Below, piece by piece: positions 27,451 through 41,208 of a stretch of 64,000 nucleotides of DNA. The notes beneath the pieces are model-generated. The model was not told the origin of the DNA. It worked only from the letters and a program-made list of their open reading frames with translations, and made no database searches. The first letter of the stretch is position 1, and each line of letters starts with the position of its first letter. This stretch comes from Octopus sinensis (taxonomy: Eukaryota). Position numbers and translations under genes: made by a program. The stretch spans positions 14,198,001-14,262,000 of the forward strand of contig NC_043024.1 of assembly GCF_006345805.1 (NCBI RefSeq). Direction: 5' to 3'.

Positions 27451-28109
27451 AATACATATATATATATAACATATATATATATATATACATTATATATATA
27501 TTATATATATATATATATTAGAAAAATTGAGGTAATCAGATCAGATGGTTCATATTTGTAGATATTTATTTATATATTACATTTTTTACATATATATTAT
27601 ATCATTCGGATTAGCGCTTGCTGCCCATTCTAGTGGGTTTATATATATATACACATATATATACATATATATATATATTATTATATATATATCTATATAT
27701 ATATATATTATATATATATATATATAATATTATATATATTACACACAGGAGAAGAAAAATGGATAAATAAATACATACATATGTATTGTAATATATATGT
27801 ATAGGTAATTGTTATATGTAATTATATTTTGGTATACAATATATATATTATATATATACATATATGTAAGTATATTATATCATATCATATATTACTTATT
27901 ATATTATACCCTATTATATTACATTATATTTCGTTATATTATATTAAATATAAACATAACCTATTCATAAGAATCGTTGCCACAGTGCTTTTTTCGAAAT
28001 CCCTCATCGCTTTCAACTACATAATTATGAATCCTGGTAATTATTCCTCGTTTATTCGTGTACGATGTACATCCCAGTTTTCAGACATTTTCAGGAAAAT
28101 CGTTTATTG

Positions 28110-28860
28110 AATTCAGATGCTGACACAAGGGCAGAAATTGGCATTTACCCCTCGGGCTCAATTGCTTCTTAATTTATAGATCCCCTCAAGTCAAGCTCTG
28201 TGATATTTGAACTACGAACGTGAAGACGGATGAAATACTCCAAACAGTATTCTGCCCGTCTACGGGAACGATTCTTCCCAGCTCTCCTCCTTTTAGTGAT
28301 ATTTATACATTTTACAAAAAAGGTACAAAACTCGAATCTTCTTCAAAGTAGAATCCAGCTGTCAGAATTTGTATTTTGTGCCTCTTTTAGGAATGGTAGC
28401 AAGGCTGCTCCTCGTTCAGAAACCATAATCACGGTCGCAAATCTAATACATGTCTCTCTTGGCACAGTCGGATTACATTTGCTCGGACCTTCCATCATGT
28501 AACCCTGCAGTTATGGGGTAAACTCCGGTTGCGAACACAGAACGCTTGCTTAGGGCCTTCCTGCTGACCACGGCTTTGAAGTCTCAGTTGCAGCTGTCCA
28601 AGTCATTACAGACTTTACATTGTCCACAATACATTGAGCAGCAACCATAATGTCGGCATTTTGATACTCGGTGCGAATGATCGTAACACTGGGAAAATTT
28701 TCTCCAATATTCACTTGGCTTCCAGTCCTTCATACCAAATCATTTTTTCTCAGCTACAACTTTAATCCTTAGGGGCCCCAAACCCGATATCGCCTTACCA
28801 ATGCATTAAGCTGTTTCTGAAAAAGAAGACAAATGTCGTTGAATTTACTCCCAAAACCCT
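28110..28860 (-). mobile_element. Degenerate Tc1/mariner-superfamily transposase fragment
   Basis: Frameshifted translation MKDWKPSE...KVCNDLDSCN*DFKAVVSRKALSKRS...PEF...LQ resembles the N-terminal HTH region of invertebrate Tc1-like transposases. Confidence 0.55.
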
Positions 28861-28904
28861 ATAAAGATAAACTGATAAATAGATTTACAGGAAGATCACT
28901 AAAT

Positions 28905-29063
28905 ACAGATGCGTGTGTGTTTACATGTATGTATATATCAATGTATATATGTATGTATATATGTATGTATGTATGAATGTATGTATGTATGTATGAATGT
29001 ATGTATGTATGCATGTATGTATGTATGTATGTATGTATCTATGTATGTATATATGTATGTATG

Positions 29064-29095
<32 letters not shown>

Positions 29096-29153
29096 TGTGT
29101 GTGTGTATGTATGTATGTATGTATGTATCTATGTATGTATATATGTATGTATG

Positions 29154-29185
<32 letters not shown>

Positions 29186-29527
29186 TGTATGTATCTATGT
29201 ATGCATTTATGTATGTATATATGTATGTGTGTATGTATGTATGTATGTATGTATGTATGTATTTATGTATGAATGTATGTATGTATGTATGTATGTATGT
29301 ATGTATGTATGTATGTATCTATGTATGCATTTATGTATGTATATATGTATGTGTGTATGTATGTATGTATGTATGTATCTATGTATGTATTTATGTATGT
29401 ATGTATGCATGTATGTATGTATGTATGTATGCATGTATGTATGTATCTATGCATGTATCTATGTATGTATTTATGTATGTATGTATGTATGTATGTATGT
29501 ATCTATTTATGTATATATGTAAGTATG

Positions 29528-29561
<34 letters not shown>

Positions 29562-29595
29562 TGTATCTATGTACGTATGTATGTATGTATGTATT
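28905..29595. repeat. (TATG)n microsatellite with higher-order variants
   Basis: Read directly from the sequence. Confidence 0.95.
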
Positions 29596-30099
29596 TAAGA
29601 GTATGTAAGGTTATTTTATCAGCATAGCGCATATTTGCAATCCTTTTCTGTACGTTTTCTACAGCCAAAGCGAAAATATACACCCGCGAAATTGAATTAA
29701 ATCCAATGTGAATCAGAAACGGAGAGCATAAGCCGCGTACAGCCTTTCGAAAGGGATTAAGTACACGCTGGTGAGTTAAGATTAGTGAAAGAAAGTCGTG
29801 AAACAGATTATGATTGGTGAAAATAACAGGCTGGAATATGAAGGTGGGGATCGATACGGGAAATATTTGTGGCGGAAATAATCCAATTTTGGTGTCTTTT
29901 GAATACGCAGTGGAGAAAAGGAGGGACATTCCAAGACACGAATTATAGTGTAGTATAAATACACAGATGAGAGTGCCACTTTCTCTTTCTCTCTCCGTTT
30001 CTCTCTCTCTCTCTTTCTCCCTTTCTCTCTCTCCATTTCTCTCTTTCTTCCTCTCTTTCTATCCCCCTCATATATATATATACATAGATATATATATAA

Positions 30100-30305
30100 C
30101 GGGAAGCTTTATGAAAATAGACAAAAGACGAAGGCAGGTGGAAAACAAACGAACAATTGTATTAGTATGGCGCTCAGGAAAATAATAAAACAAGTCTTTA
30201 ACGTTTCGAGCCTACGCTCTTCAACAGAAAGATACACAGAGAGAAAAAAAACACAGAAAGAAGGAGAGAAAAAAATGCGTGCAGTAGCAACGAATCAACA
30301 TGGCG
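30100..30305 (-). mobile_element. About 200-bp interspersed repeat, likely a Penelope-like terminal repeat, carrying a hammerhead-like motif
   Basis: Homologous to 39355-39545; contains TCTTT-CTGTTGA-A-GAGC-GTAG-GCTC-GAAA-CG-TT-AAAGA on the minus strand. Confidence 0.6.
30195..30232 (-). ncRNA. Candidate minimal type I hammerhead ribozyme variant
   Basis: Helix I UCUUU/AAAGA, core CUGUUGA (A6 replaced by U), helix II GAGC/GCUC, GAAA, palindromic ACGU in place of helix III. Confidence 0.45.
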
Positions 30306-30556
30306 ATAAATATAATTAATATTAGGGAATAAATCCAAACTTACAGGGAAAAATCAGATTTAGGATTGAATCCAATTTTCTAGTAAAATATTATATTATA
30401 TTACATTAGAGACAAAACCACTATTAGGCAAATCAAACAATGAAAAACTTAAGCCAATACATAAGATTATTTAATTTATATTATTTAAATATATAACAAA
30501 ATTATTAAAAAAATATAATTAATTTCGTCTCTAATTTAATATAATATTATATATAA

Positions 30557-30609
<53 letters not shown>

Positions 30610-30859
30610 CTACATGTATTCACACATACACACACACACATTCACACACGTACGCATGAATCTGAGCATACAATCATATCTACATATAAACATATATATG
30701 ATTGTGTGTCTTTGCGTGTGTATATAAATATATGGAAGCATATATACCTACATACATCTATATATATACGCACTTCAGCATGTATTTATTTATTTTATTT
30801 ATTTTCTTCATTTAACTATATACATACACAAACACAACACACCAGCCAACTCATTTTCG

Positions 30860-31180
30860 TCGACTCCCAGCGTTCTTGTGAGTAAAGAGGTTGAAAATAT
30901 CAGTAAGTTCTCCGAATTGAAAGGGGAAATGGCAAAGCTGTATGGAATATGAGAGGGCAATGTAAAAGTGCCGGGCTCAATCCCATTGAAACTTCAAAAC
31001 TTCTTAAGGCAACTAGAAATCCCATGCAAGATTGATGTCTTACAAAAAGCAGCCTTATTGGGTACAGTACACATCTGAAGGTAAGTATTTATCTGTCTGA
31101 GGCCCTTGTTGTGACTTGACAGATTGCTAAAGTCTTCGGTACATTTTTACCTACACTGTGTTATGAAGGAATAATAATAA
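30860..31180 (+). mobile_element. R4/Dong-clade (restriction-like endonuclease) LINE 3' fragment
   Basis: KEVENISKFSELKGEMAKLYG...PGSIPLKL...LQKAALLGTVHI fits the KE.EK..KY.EL...LQK..LLGT..IL end; followed by a (TAA)-type tail. Confidence 0.7.
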
Positions 31181-32713
31181 CAACGACAACGACGATAATT
31201 TTGATGATTATGATGATGATGATGATGATGGCTCTAGTCCTATGTTTAAATATACAATGAAATTGTTACGGGTGGGACGATTTGATCAGTGACTCTGCTG
31301 TATATCAACGGTTGCATTAAGCGTAATCTTCAACAACAACAACAATAACAACAGCAATAACCATGGCCACCACTTCATAATCTCGTCAAAGTATCTGTCA
31401 ACGAAGCCAAACTCTTCGATCACTATCTCGTTCCTATATTGCTTCATTCATTGCCAGTAAAATATTTTCTTTTTCTCTCTAATTCTTCATTTATTGGTAT
31501 TTCATTGACAGATACCCAAAATTATATAATTTATTTTCAAGATTACTGCGAATGATATTATTCCACTCAATCCATAATCGATATTTCATAGGCAAAGGTA
31601 TTAGTTTTGGATATTGATGTCATATTGAAAGAAACGACGTTCAAATGTTCTGTTTCTTTTTTTTTTTTCTCTCTTTGTCTTTTTATGTATTGTTTTCGAT
31701 ATTTAACTAACTTATTTTGACAACGAATTTACTGATATTTAATACAATATTATGACATTTCGTGTATTTATCTATCTATCTGTGTGCGCACATGTGTGTA
31801 TATGCGTCTATGTGTGTTAGAGAGAAACAGACAGACAGACAGACAAACAGATAGACAGAGATCATTTTCATAAACAAAATGTCGAGTGAAGACGGGGGAA
31901 AAAAGAAGTTAACCTGCAAGCCATAGTTGAGGTTCGAACTTGGTACCTCTTCAATTCCGGCTGCACGATCTAAACCTTTCAGTTAAACGACACCCGACGG
32001 GGGATAAATAATAGGGTATTTTACCCTAGCTTCTAAGCTGATTTCATAGCTTTTCTCTTGCGTTCACCACTTCATTAATTTCTAAAATAAAAAATATCAG
32101 GTCATCCTTGATAAACGCTTCCATATTTGTTTATAAAATAATGTTCTCACATTCCAGAATCTGTATTTAGCGCCTTAAAAGAGATCTGTCGTTAGAGATC
32201 GCCTAGTTCAAAGGTAAAGAGCGCTCACCCGGATTTTGAGGTGGGCAGAGTTCTGCTCCCAGTAGCGACTTGCTGGCTAATTTTTACCGTCTTATACTTA
32301 GGTATTTTTACGCGACCTTCAAAGCAGTTTCCATAGTTGTCTTCTTGCATTCGAGATTCTTTTAATTTACAAAATAAAAAGCCCATTCGTAACCTCCATT
32401 TGGAAAGAAAGGCAACAACAAATCCTTATTGATAAAATCTATGAATTAGTTAAGAACCCAATTGGTGGGTATGTTTGTTTGGTTGTGTGAGCCTGCATGT
32501 TCGTGCGTGGGGCTATATTTCTATTTACCAACGTTAAAATAGTTTTCGAATCGTGATCTCGTTGTATGATAAAGATCGATAAAATTCCTAAGAGACAGAA
32601 TCAAGCGAAGCACATGACATGGTACATTATAACCCCTCAAGGAATTACTTCAGCACAGAGTAATGAAAGAAACAAATAAACAAACGAATACGTTTTTGCA
32701 AACCATTCATATC

Positions 32714-32750
<37 letters not shown>

Positions 32751-32752
<2 letters not shown>

Positions 32753-33080
32753 TAAGCAGATAAAGGGTTTAGCAACGAATTGCCTTATACCACATATACC
32801 GATTTAATATTCAAGAGTTATAGCTATTTCGCCTACTAAAAAGGGAGATCTCAGTAAAAACAGCATTGGAAGGCAGCTACAAACAGGTTAGAGAATGTTG
32901 ACGGCAATATATCATACAATTGCCGTCAATTCATTCTCTCTTACCTGTTTGTGTCTGCCTTCCAATTGCTGTTTTTATGCGAGATCTCCCTTTTTAGTAG
33001 AAGAATAGCTATAACTCTTTGACTGATTTCTAATTCGGTATGTGGTAGGCATTCGTTGGCTAAACCCTTTATTGCTTAGT
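32751..33080. mobile_element. 330-bp palindromic fold-back MITE at a TA site
   Basis: Arms of about 158 bp (ACTAAGCA...TTGACGGCAAT and ATTGCCGTCAA...TGCTTAGT) around a 10-nt loop at 32909-32918. Confidence 0.75.
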
Positions 33081-33212
33081 ATTACTTAAATTTTCCTTGA
33101 ATGAGCTTTTACCATGCCGAAGACTACTTGGTGTAATTGATAATTATTCCAAATTATTAATTTCACCCTTCATTATTACGGATAACTATATATATATATA
33201 TTATATATATAT

Positions 33213-33243
<31 letters not shown>

Positions 33244-33250
33244 CATATAT

Positions 33251-33437
33251 ATTAATTGTTTATCGCCATATATGTCTGACTGGCATGTGAAGCGGCTGAC
33301 CTCCCTGTTCGAAGGTTATAATGGACACAGTTTTGTGTCAAATAGCTACTAAGGCGACGATGGCCCCATGGAGCTAATCACGACAGCTTAGTCTTATATT
33401 CTATAGACTGTCTATTAATGGCGATAACACAATTAAT
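33251..33437. mobile_element. Small MITE with ~20-bp terminal inverted repeats
   Basis: ATTAATTGTTTATCGCCAT at the left end and ATGGCGATAACACAATTAAT at the right end. Confidence 0.55.
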
Positions 33438-33497
33438 TTCCAGTAACAGCTGCCGTAATCTCTTAGAGAGACTTAGTAATTTAATTTTCCATTATAG

Positions 33498-33547
<50 letters not shown>

Positions 33548-33549
<2 letters not shown>

Positions 33550-33930
33550 CGTAGGAGTGGCTGAGTGGTAAGTAACTTGCTTAGGAACCACATGGTTCCG
33601 GGTTCAGTTTCACTGCGTGGTACCTTGGGCAAGTGTCTTCTACTATAGCCTCAGGCCGACCAAAGACTTGTGAGTGGATTTGGTAAACGGAAACTGAAAG
33701 AAGCCCGTCGTGTATATGTATGTATATATGTATATGCGTGTATATGTTTGTGTGTCTGTGCTTGTGCCCCCAACATCGCTTGATAACCGATGGTGGTGTG
33801 TTTACGTGCCTGTAAAAAGAATAAGTCCGGGGGTCTTACAAAGAATAAGTCCTGGGGTCGATTTGCTCGAGTAAAGGCGGTGCTCCAGCATGACCACAAT
33901 CGCATGACTGAAAAAGGGAAAGAGTAAAAC
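33548..33930 (+). mobile_element. SINE family A, full length
   Basis: GGCGTAGGAGTGGCTGAGTGGTAAG head; ACCTTGGGCAAGTGTCTT CORE-like centre; internal (TA/TG)n; GAGTAAAA tail. Confidence 0.85.
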
Positions 33931-35247
33931 GGTATATATTTATGTGTCTGTATGCATGCGCGCGCGTGTGTGTGTGTGCGTGTGTGTTGTGTGTGTGTGC
34001 GTGTGTGTGTGTGTGCGTGTGCGTGTGTGTGTGCGTGGTTGTTTTAGTGTGTTTCGTTGTGCGTAGACTTCAGCAAGAAATAATTCTGTCGTTTACACGA
34101 ATTTTATAATTGCCTTTGGAAGGTATTTTACGTAGATGAAACCTATGAGGCCAATGACCTATGGTTTTCTTTTTGTTTTTTGATATAACAATAAATTTCA
34201 GTCGGTTTCTGAGCATTGAAAACTACAAATTTCGTAACATAGCATTTAATATACGCTAACAGCAGAAATTTTGCTTGGGTTATCGTGTGTTTTACACGTA
34301 TTTCTGTTCTCTGGTCTACGTAGGGCAGTGTTGTTAACGATTAGGTATAGAAATTCCTTACATACCTAACACTGAAGTACTTTCAGGTGAGTTCGCTATT
34401 TCCAGTATTAAATTAACACTTCCAGTCTCAGAGTATTTTTCTCGCTTCTTGGGTGTGGCCTAGCGGCTATGATGTTGCACTTACTATCTACAGGTCGTGG
34501 GTTCGATACCAGGAATCGACTGGCTGGCATTTTTAAAGTTGGTACTTTTATATCCATGTCTAATATTTGTATTGGATTAGTGTTCCATCGTGTGTAGGCT
34601 AATTTGATACGATCTCTGTTTATTAACTTCCTCATAAATACACAAGATTTACAACCGTATATTATTAGAATATAGAACCTGATGTGTTTTAAATTTCGTG
34701 AGACTCACAGAGGCTACAGAAGGCATCGTTGTTTCATTGAATCAGTATATTCTCCTACTCGCACATATGACCAATTTGGAACGAAAGCACAACAATAAGT
34801 GCAAGCAGAATAGATCTGTGGCAGATTAGGAGTCTTCTTTGACGTCCACGATAAGGCATCTGAGTATTTTCCTCCATTTTGCAACATAGTGGTATTGGCA
34901 GTCTAAATCAGAAGAATACCATTCTTATCCGTTCTAAAACGACTATGCTTAAATTTGATACTGTAAAGGCAGATTACTTGTAATGTCACGAAATATCTTA
35001 CTGAAGTACTGTTATATACTGTGATTGTGCTTCCACCATCCGTCACATTATAAAGCTTACAGGGTAATCACCCAAATCTTACCTCCTGCCGAACAAAAAT
35101 CATTCTTCCGAAAGGAATAGAGCACGTTCAAAGTACGTTTGGAAATCGAAGGACTAAAGAGAAACCATCAGCATTTCGTGGTGTTTGTAGGATATAGAAT
35201 ATGGAACTTACAATGATAACACCAGAATATATATATATATATATATA

Positions 35248-35645
35248 TTCTTTTACTCTTTTACTTGTTTCAGTCATGTGACTGCGGCATGCTGGAGCAC
35301 AGCCTTTAGTCGATCAAATCGACCCCAGGACTTAGTTTTGTAAGCCTAATACTTATTTCATCGGTCTTTTATGCCGAACAGCTAAGTTACGGGGACGTAT
35401 ACACACCAGCTTCGGTTGTCAAGCGATGTTGGAGGACAAACACATACACACAAACACGCACATACACCCATGTATATATATATACATATACACGACGGGC
35501 TTCTTTCAGTTTCCGTCTACCAAATCCACTCACAAGGTTTTGGTCGGCCCGAGGCTATAGTAGAAGACACTTACCCAAGCTGCCACTGAACCCGGAACCA
35601 CGTGGTTCGTAAGCAAGCTACTTACCACACAGCCACTCCTGCGCC
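35248..35645 (-). mobile_element. SINE family A, full length
   Basis: Reverse complement of the family A consensus. Confidence 0.85.
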
Positions 35646-35693
<48 letters not shown>

Positions 35694-36278
35694 ATATTGT
35701 CGATAGTGGTGAATTATAAATCTACATACAAGCATACACGCTCACACACACACAGATACACAGAGGCATACACACACATACATATGCGTAGAATTGTACA
35801 CACATTCATACACGGACACAAACAGAAAATATACGCAAATACACATGAAGTAATAATATAAAATGTGTTTTATTACACTCATTGTCTCCCTGCGACTAGA
35901 TATAATGCCAATAGGCCTAGACAGATTCTGAAATACTTGTTCAAGTTTACAATTAACTTAGTTAACTATGAAAAAAATAAATATTTTCATTTACCTAAAC
36001 ATACTATTGATATATTATCTGACTTCGTTTGTATTTTGTATTACTTAAAAATGTTTTTTTATTTTTGGTGTTACGAAATTTTAGAGTCGTAAAATATTTT
36101 TTTTCCTTTAAGAATATCAGCAACGTACAGAAGAGAATAAACGAAGTTTACAACCATTTTTTTTTCGTCACCTATTCATTTTAGTCACACACACACACAC
36201 CGCCGCGCGCGCGCACGCACACACACACACAAATACACACACACACATATACGTATGTATATGTGTATAGACATATAT

Positions 36279-36322
<44 letters not shown>

Positions 36323-36567
36323 CATATAATAAATACAATATATATATATATATATACACATATATATACATTACATATATACATATATATATATACATAG
36401 GTAGAATATGTATGTATAATATATATAGATACATATATATATATATTTATATTATATATTATATATATATATATTAATATATTCCTATATACACAGGTAG
36501 TATATGTGTATATACATATGCATACACATCTATAAAAAAGTCTATATACATATATATAAAGTATACG

Positions 36568-36606
<39 letters not shown>

Positions 36607-36911
36607 TATTATACACATGTATATATATATTTAAATGTATACGAGTACAAGTATGAACACGGGCATATGTATGTGTGCGCATGCGTATGCGTATGTGTAT
36701 TTGTGTGTAAGTCGCTACGACTTCGAGATTGTTTTATTTACGCTTTACAGGTGTTTTTTTCTTTTACTATTTTTAAAATTTCTTTTAGGTTTTTAATTTT
36801 ACATATTCATTATTTCACGAAGACAATATGATACAATCTTGCCTGCGTGCCTGCAAGTAATGGGTTATGCTGTCCTCTCTCTCTCTCTCTCTCTCATATC
36901 TATCTATATAG

Positions 36912-36942
<31 letters not shown>

Positions 36943-37805
36943 CAAATAATATGTATATATATATCCATAGTACATGTGTTTTATATACATCAGTTATTTA
37001 TAGATGTATAGTTACGCACATATAACACGTATGCTGTCTTGTTAACGTATTTATAGCTATGTATGTATATGCATATGTGCGTATGTATATGTAGAGGATT
37101 TATACTTATATCTATCTATTTATATATACATATATACATTTGTATATATATATATATATATATATGTTATATAATATATATATATATATGTATGTATATA
37201 TGTATTATATATGTACATATATACATATATATATATATATTATATATATATTATATATATATATATATATATACATACATGCATACATATATGTGTATAT
37301 ATATGTACATACATATATATATATGTGTGTGTGTGCGTTTATGTATTTATATATAATAGATATTTGTACGTAAGTATGTATATATATATATATATATAGT
37401 GTGTATCTGTTTCTATTTTTATTACTGTTCTAGTTTTTTTTTTATATGTGCTACTTTTTAGAATTTATTGTTTTATATTTACATAAATTTTTGAAAACTT
37501 GTTGTTTTCGTAGCGTTCTTACCTTATTCAACATTTACGTTGTGCTATCAATCTACAAAAAATACGGAGGGAAAAAAACACGTTCTGTAATCTGTTAAGC
37601 ACTGTCATCGTACTACGAATTATTATCTGGTAAATTTCAATATAAAGCAAAAAAACACCTGAGTTGATGTTTTAAACTATACGACTGTGTCAAATTTTAA
37701 GAAATATTAAAAATGCATCTCATTTTTCGGCCTATATTTGCGGTTTTGAAGACGAAAAATCTACAGCGAATTACATTTTGTTCAGTTTGTGCAACTAAAC
37801 GATAT

Positions 37806-38440
37806 TTGATTCTTCATTGCCCACAGAGGGCTACACTTAGAGGGTACAAACAAGGAGAGACGAAGAATTTAAGCTGATTACCACAGTGCATAACTGGTAC
37901 TTATTTTATTGATTCCAGAATGATGAAAGGTAAAGTTGGATTCGTTTGAATTCAGAAAGCAGTGCCAGACGAAATAATGCTAAGTATTTCACCCGGGGTG
38001 CTAACGATTCTGCCAGCACGCACGTTTGTCAGAATATTAATAATTATTTCCACTCTAGGCACAAATCATTGAAAATTTTGGGGGAAGGAGACTAGTCGAT
38101 TATATCGATCCCCAGTGCGTAACTGGTACTTATTTTATCGACACAAAAGGATGAAAAGCAAAGTCGACCTCAGTGGAGTTTGAACTCAGAACGTAACGGC
38201 AGACGAAATGCCTATTTCTTTACTACACAAGGGGCTAAACATAGAGAGGATAAAAATTGACACACAAACAGATTAAGTCGATTATATCGAGCCCAGTGCG
38301 TAACTAGTACTTATTTAATCGACCCCGAAAGGATGAAAGGCGAAGTCAACCACGACGGAGTTTGAACTCATAAGGTAATAGCAGACGAATTACCGCTAAG
38401 CGTTTCACCCGGTGTGCTAACGATTCCGCCAGCTCACCAC
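37806..38440 (-). mobile_element. SINE family B cluster, including a dimer joined at 38211
   Basis: The junction GCAGACGAAATG|CCTATTTCTTTACTA is the same as in the 49 kb and 51 kb arrays. Confidence 0.8.
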
Positions 38441-38929
38441 CCTACACCTAGACGATATTTAAACTGCAAAAGGCGACGAAATGGAAGAATGGTTAGCATG
38501 CAGTGCAAAATGCTTCGCAGCATTTTGTCCGTGATCTGGGTACGAATTCCTCCGAGATCGACTTTACCACATTCTTTAAAGATTGGTAAAATATGCGCCA
38601 GTTAACCGCAAGTAGTAGTGAAAATTCGTGGCTTGTCTACGTACTAAACATGTATTTTCACAAGGATTCATCTGAGTTGGGCATGTCAGGGTTGTGTTTG
38701 ATCGTTTAGCAGGATTTTATATTGATATTAAACGCACGTACACACATATATATGGGTATATATATATATGTATGAATATATACATATTTACACGTGTATA
38801 TATATACACGCACACACAGTGAGAAATGTGTACATATATATATATGTATTGTATGTATACACACTCCCTGAGAAAATTCTGCAAATTTATACGTATCTAT
38901 TTTTTATATATTTCAACCATGATGCTGTG

Positions 38930-39296
38930 GCCATGCTGGGGCCCGACCAGTGTAATCACCTTTTAATTGGCCAATTCTATGGGGTTGGTTTTGGTGAAGG
39001 AGAGAGTTCGATACCACTGCCCTCTTTTGAATTCTATGCCTTGATATTGGTTCATCCGGGATCTTGAATAGCAAGAGGTCAATCTGTTTTTTTGAAACTA
39101 TTACCTCCCACTCCATGAACATCCCTCAAATGTTTTGGCAAGGCGTTAAATAGTTGTGGGCACTTCAATTCGAAGCTATTGCAGTACAAGTTCTACACCT
39201 TAAATGAGACAGCTGGGACATTTGGAACAGGGCAGTGACGTCTAATTCGATGTTTGGTATAACTCTCAATTCCCAAGTTTGGTGCCATTCCCACCC
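38930..39296 (-). mobile_element. CR1-group LINE 3' fragment
   Basis: PQLFNALPKHLRDVHG...FKK/QIDLLLFKIPDEP fits the LFN.LP..IR...F...LD..L..IPD.P terminus. Confidence 0.75.
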
Positions 39297-39354
39297 CATA
39301 TATATATATATATACATACATAAAGAGAAAGCGATAGAAAGAAGGAGAGAGAGG

Positions 39355-39545
39355 GTGAATTCACAAAAAAAAAAACAAGATAGGTGGTGTAGGCAAAAAC
39401 AGATGTATTAGTATATAACGCTAGGGAAGTAAGAAAGTCTTTAACGTTTCGAGCCTGCGTCCTTCCACAGAAAGGAACACAGTAAGAAACAGGGAGAGAA
39501 ATTAAAGGAAGGTGTAGTGGCTAGCGATCTATCTTGGCGACTGCC
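39355..39545 (-). mobile_element. Second copy of the hammerhead-bearing Penelope-like repeat, helix II decayed
   Basis: CCTTT-CTGTGGA-A-GGAC-GCAG-GCTC-GAAA-CG-TT-AAAGA at 39438-39475. Confidence 0.55.
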
Positions 39546-40147
39546 AGCTAGAAGGGTCACACAGGAGCGCTTGGAAGAAGGAGAGATAATACAGTAGAGG
39601 TGATCCTAAAACAAAGATACGCGTGCGTGTGTATAAGAGATTTTGTATGTGCGTGTGGAAGAGGGGTGGTGATCTTGACCTGTGCGTGTGTGTATGTGTA
39701 GGTGTGAAAATATGGGTCTAGGATGATATATATATTATATAATATATATATATATATATATATAAACAAAACAAAAAATGTGTGTGTCTGTATAATTTGG
39801 AGAAATAATTTGGCATTATTTATTTACCATTATACATGTTTCATTGGCAAATAACAATTTCAAAATTGTACATGCAGCATAAACATATGATTTATGCTAA
39901 TTTTTTTTGGCATTTTTCCAGTTTTCTTATATAATGTCTATATGTGAACGCCTATATGTATCTATATATATATGTATATATGTACACAAACACACACACA
40001 CACACACACACCACAATATATATATATATATATATATAATATATATATAATATATATATATATATACATATACATATGTATAATTCACATATGTATAATT
40101 CACATTGTATACATATAATTCACATTTTCTTAGGAGAGAAATTAAAA

Positions 40148-40258
40148 TTCCGATCAAAAGGGATCGTGAGAAAAGACAACTTTTAAAGTGTAAAAAGCAA
40201 GATTAGGTTTATCCGTGGAAAGAAAAGCCTACGGAAAAGACTACGGTAACCTCAGGCA
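40148..40258 (-). mobile_element. Old, diverged 3' UTR remnant of the Tx1-like LINE
   Basis: CGATCAAAAGGGATCGT and GGAAAGAAAAGCCTACGGAAAAGACTACGGTAACCTC match the 3' UTRs of the other two copies; (GATA)n starts about 30 bp away. Confidence 0.7.
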
Positions 40259-40341
40259 GGGAGAGATTAAGCACATGAGGGCGGATAAATAGATAGATAA
40301 GATAGATAGATAGGTAGATAGATAGATAAATAAGTATATAT

Positions 40342-40386
<45 letters not shown>

Positions 40387-40466
40387 GATAGATAGATAGA
40401 TAAATAATTAGATAGATAAATAAGTATATATATATAGATAGATGGATAGCTAGCTAGCTAGCTAGC

Positions 40467-40531
<65 letters not shown>

Positions 40532-41208
40532 GATAGATAGATAGATAGATAGATAAACATAAATTTCAGTTGCTAATAGACATTAGTCTGCAGTCATATT
40601 GGAACAGCAGCTCAAAGATTTCCGATCGATCATACAGACCCAATCACATATTTTTTTTGTAAAGTCTTTTATTTTAGCGATAACTCTTTACCTTCTCTTT
40701 CACTCTCTTTCTCTCTCTGTCTCTCTCTCTATCTGTCTCTCTCTCTCTCTGTCTCTCTCTCTCTCTGTCTCTGTCTCTCTCTCTCTTGCCTTCTCTATGT
40801 CTGAGCAAGAGTTTGTGTGTGTGGAAGTGTGATCGAATGCGTGTATCGCTATACTCTCTGTAGAATGATTGAGAAACTAATTGAACAATAAATACTAATT
40901 ATGAGAAATCATTGATTTGTAACTTCAATCAATCGTTATAGCTCTTTTGTGATATTTCATGAAAACTGTCACGATCACAACCGCCACCACCTCAACACCA
41001 CCACCACCACCACAACCACCTCAACCACCGCAACCCACACCCTCGGACACTGTTACGAAAAAGTGCTAGAACAAAGATGACCAACGCCACGATCAAGGAC
41101 AAAAGCCGTTCACCTGGATAACACGCACAAGTTACCTAATTAGCTTTTGAATAATTTTCCTTTCTTCAAACTATTTGTAGAGAATGGGTAACAACTCTTT
41201 TGTTTTAG

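Noticed and set aside
34440-34520. Possible tRNA gene
   Set aside because: A and B boxes are present but the stems and anticodon arm do not fold cleanly; treated as a decayed SINE head. The same applies to all SINE heads in the window.
34690-35210. Possible Penelope RT thumb (HHPSHYK)
   Set aside because: A single short motif with several stops; cannot be supported without a profile search.
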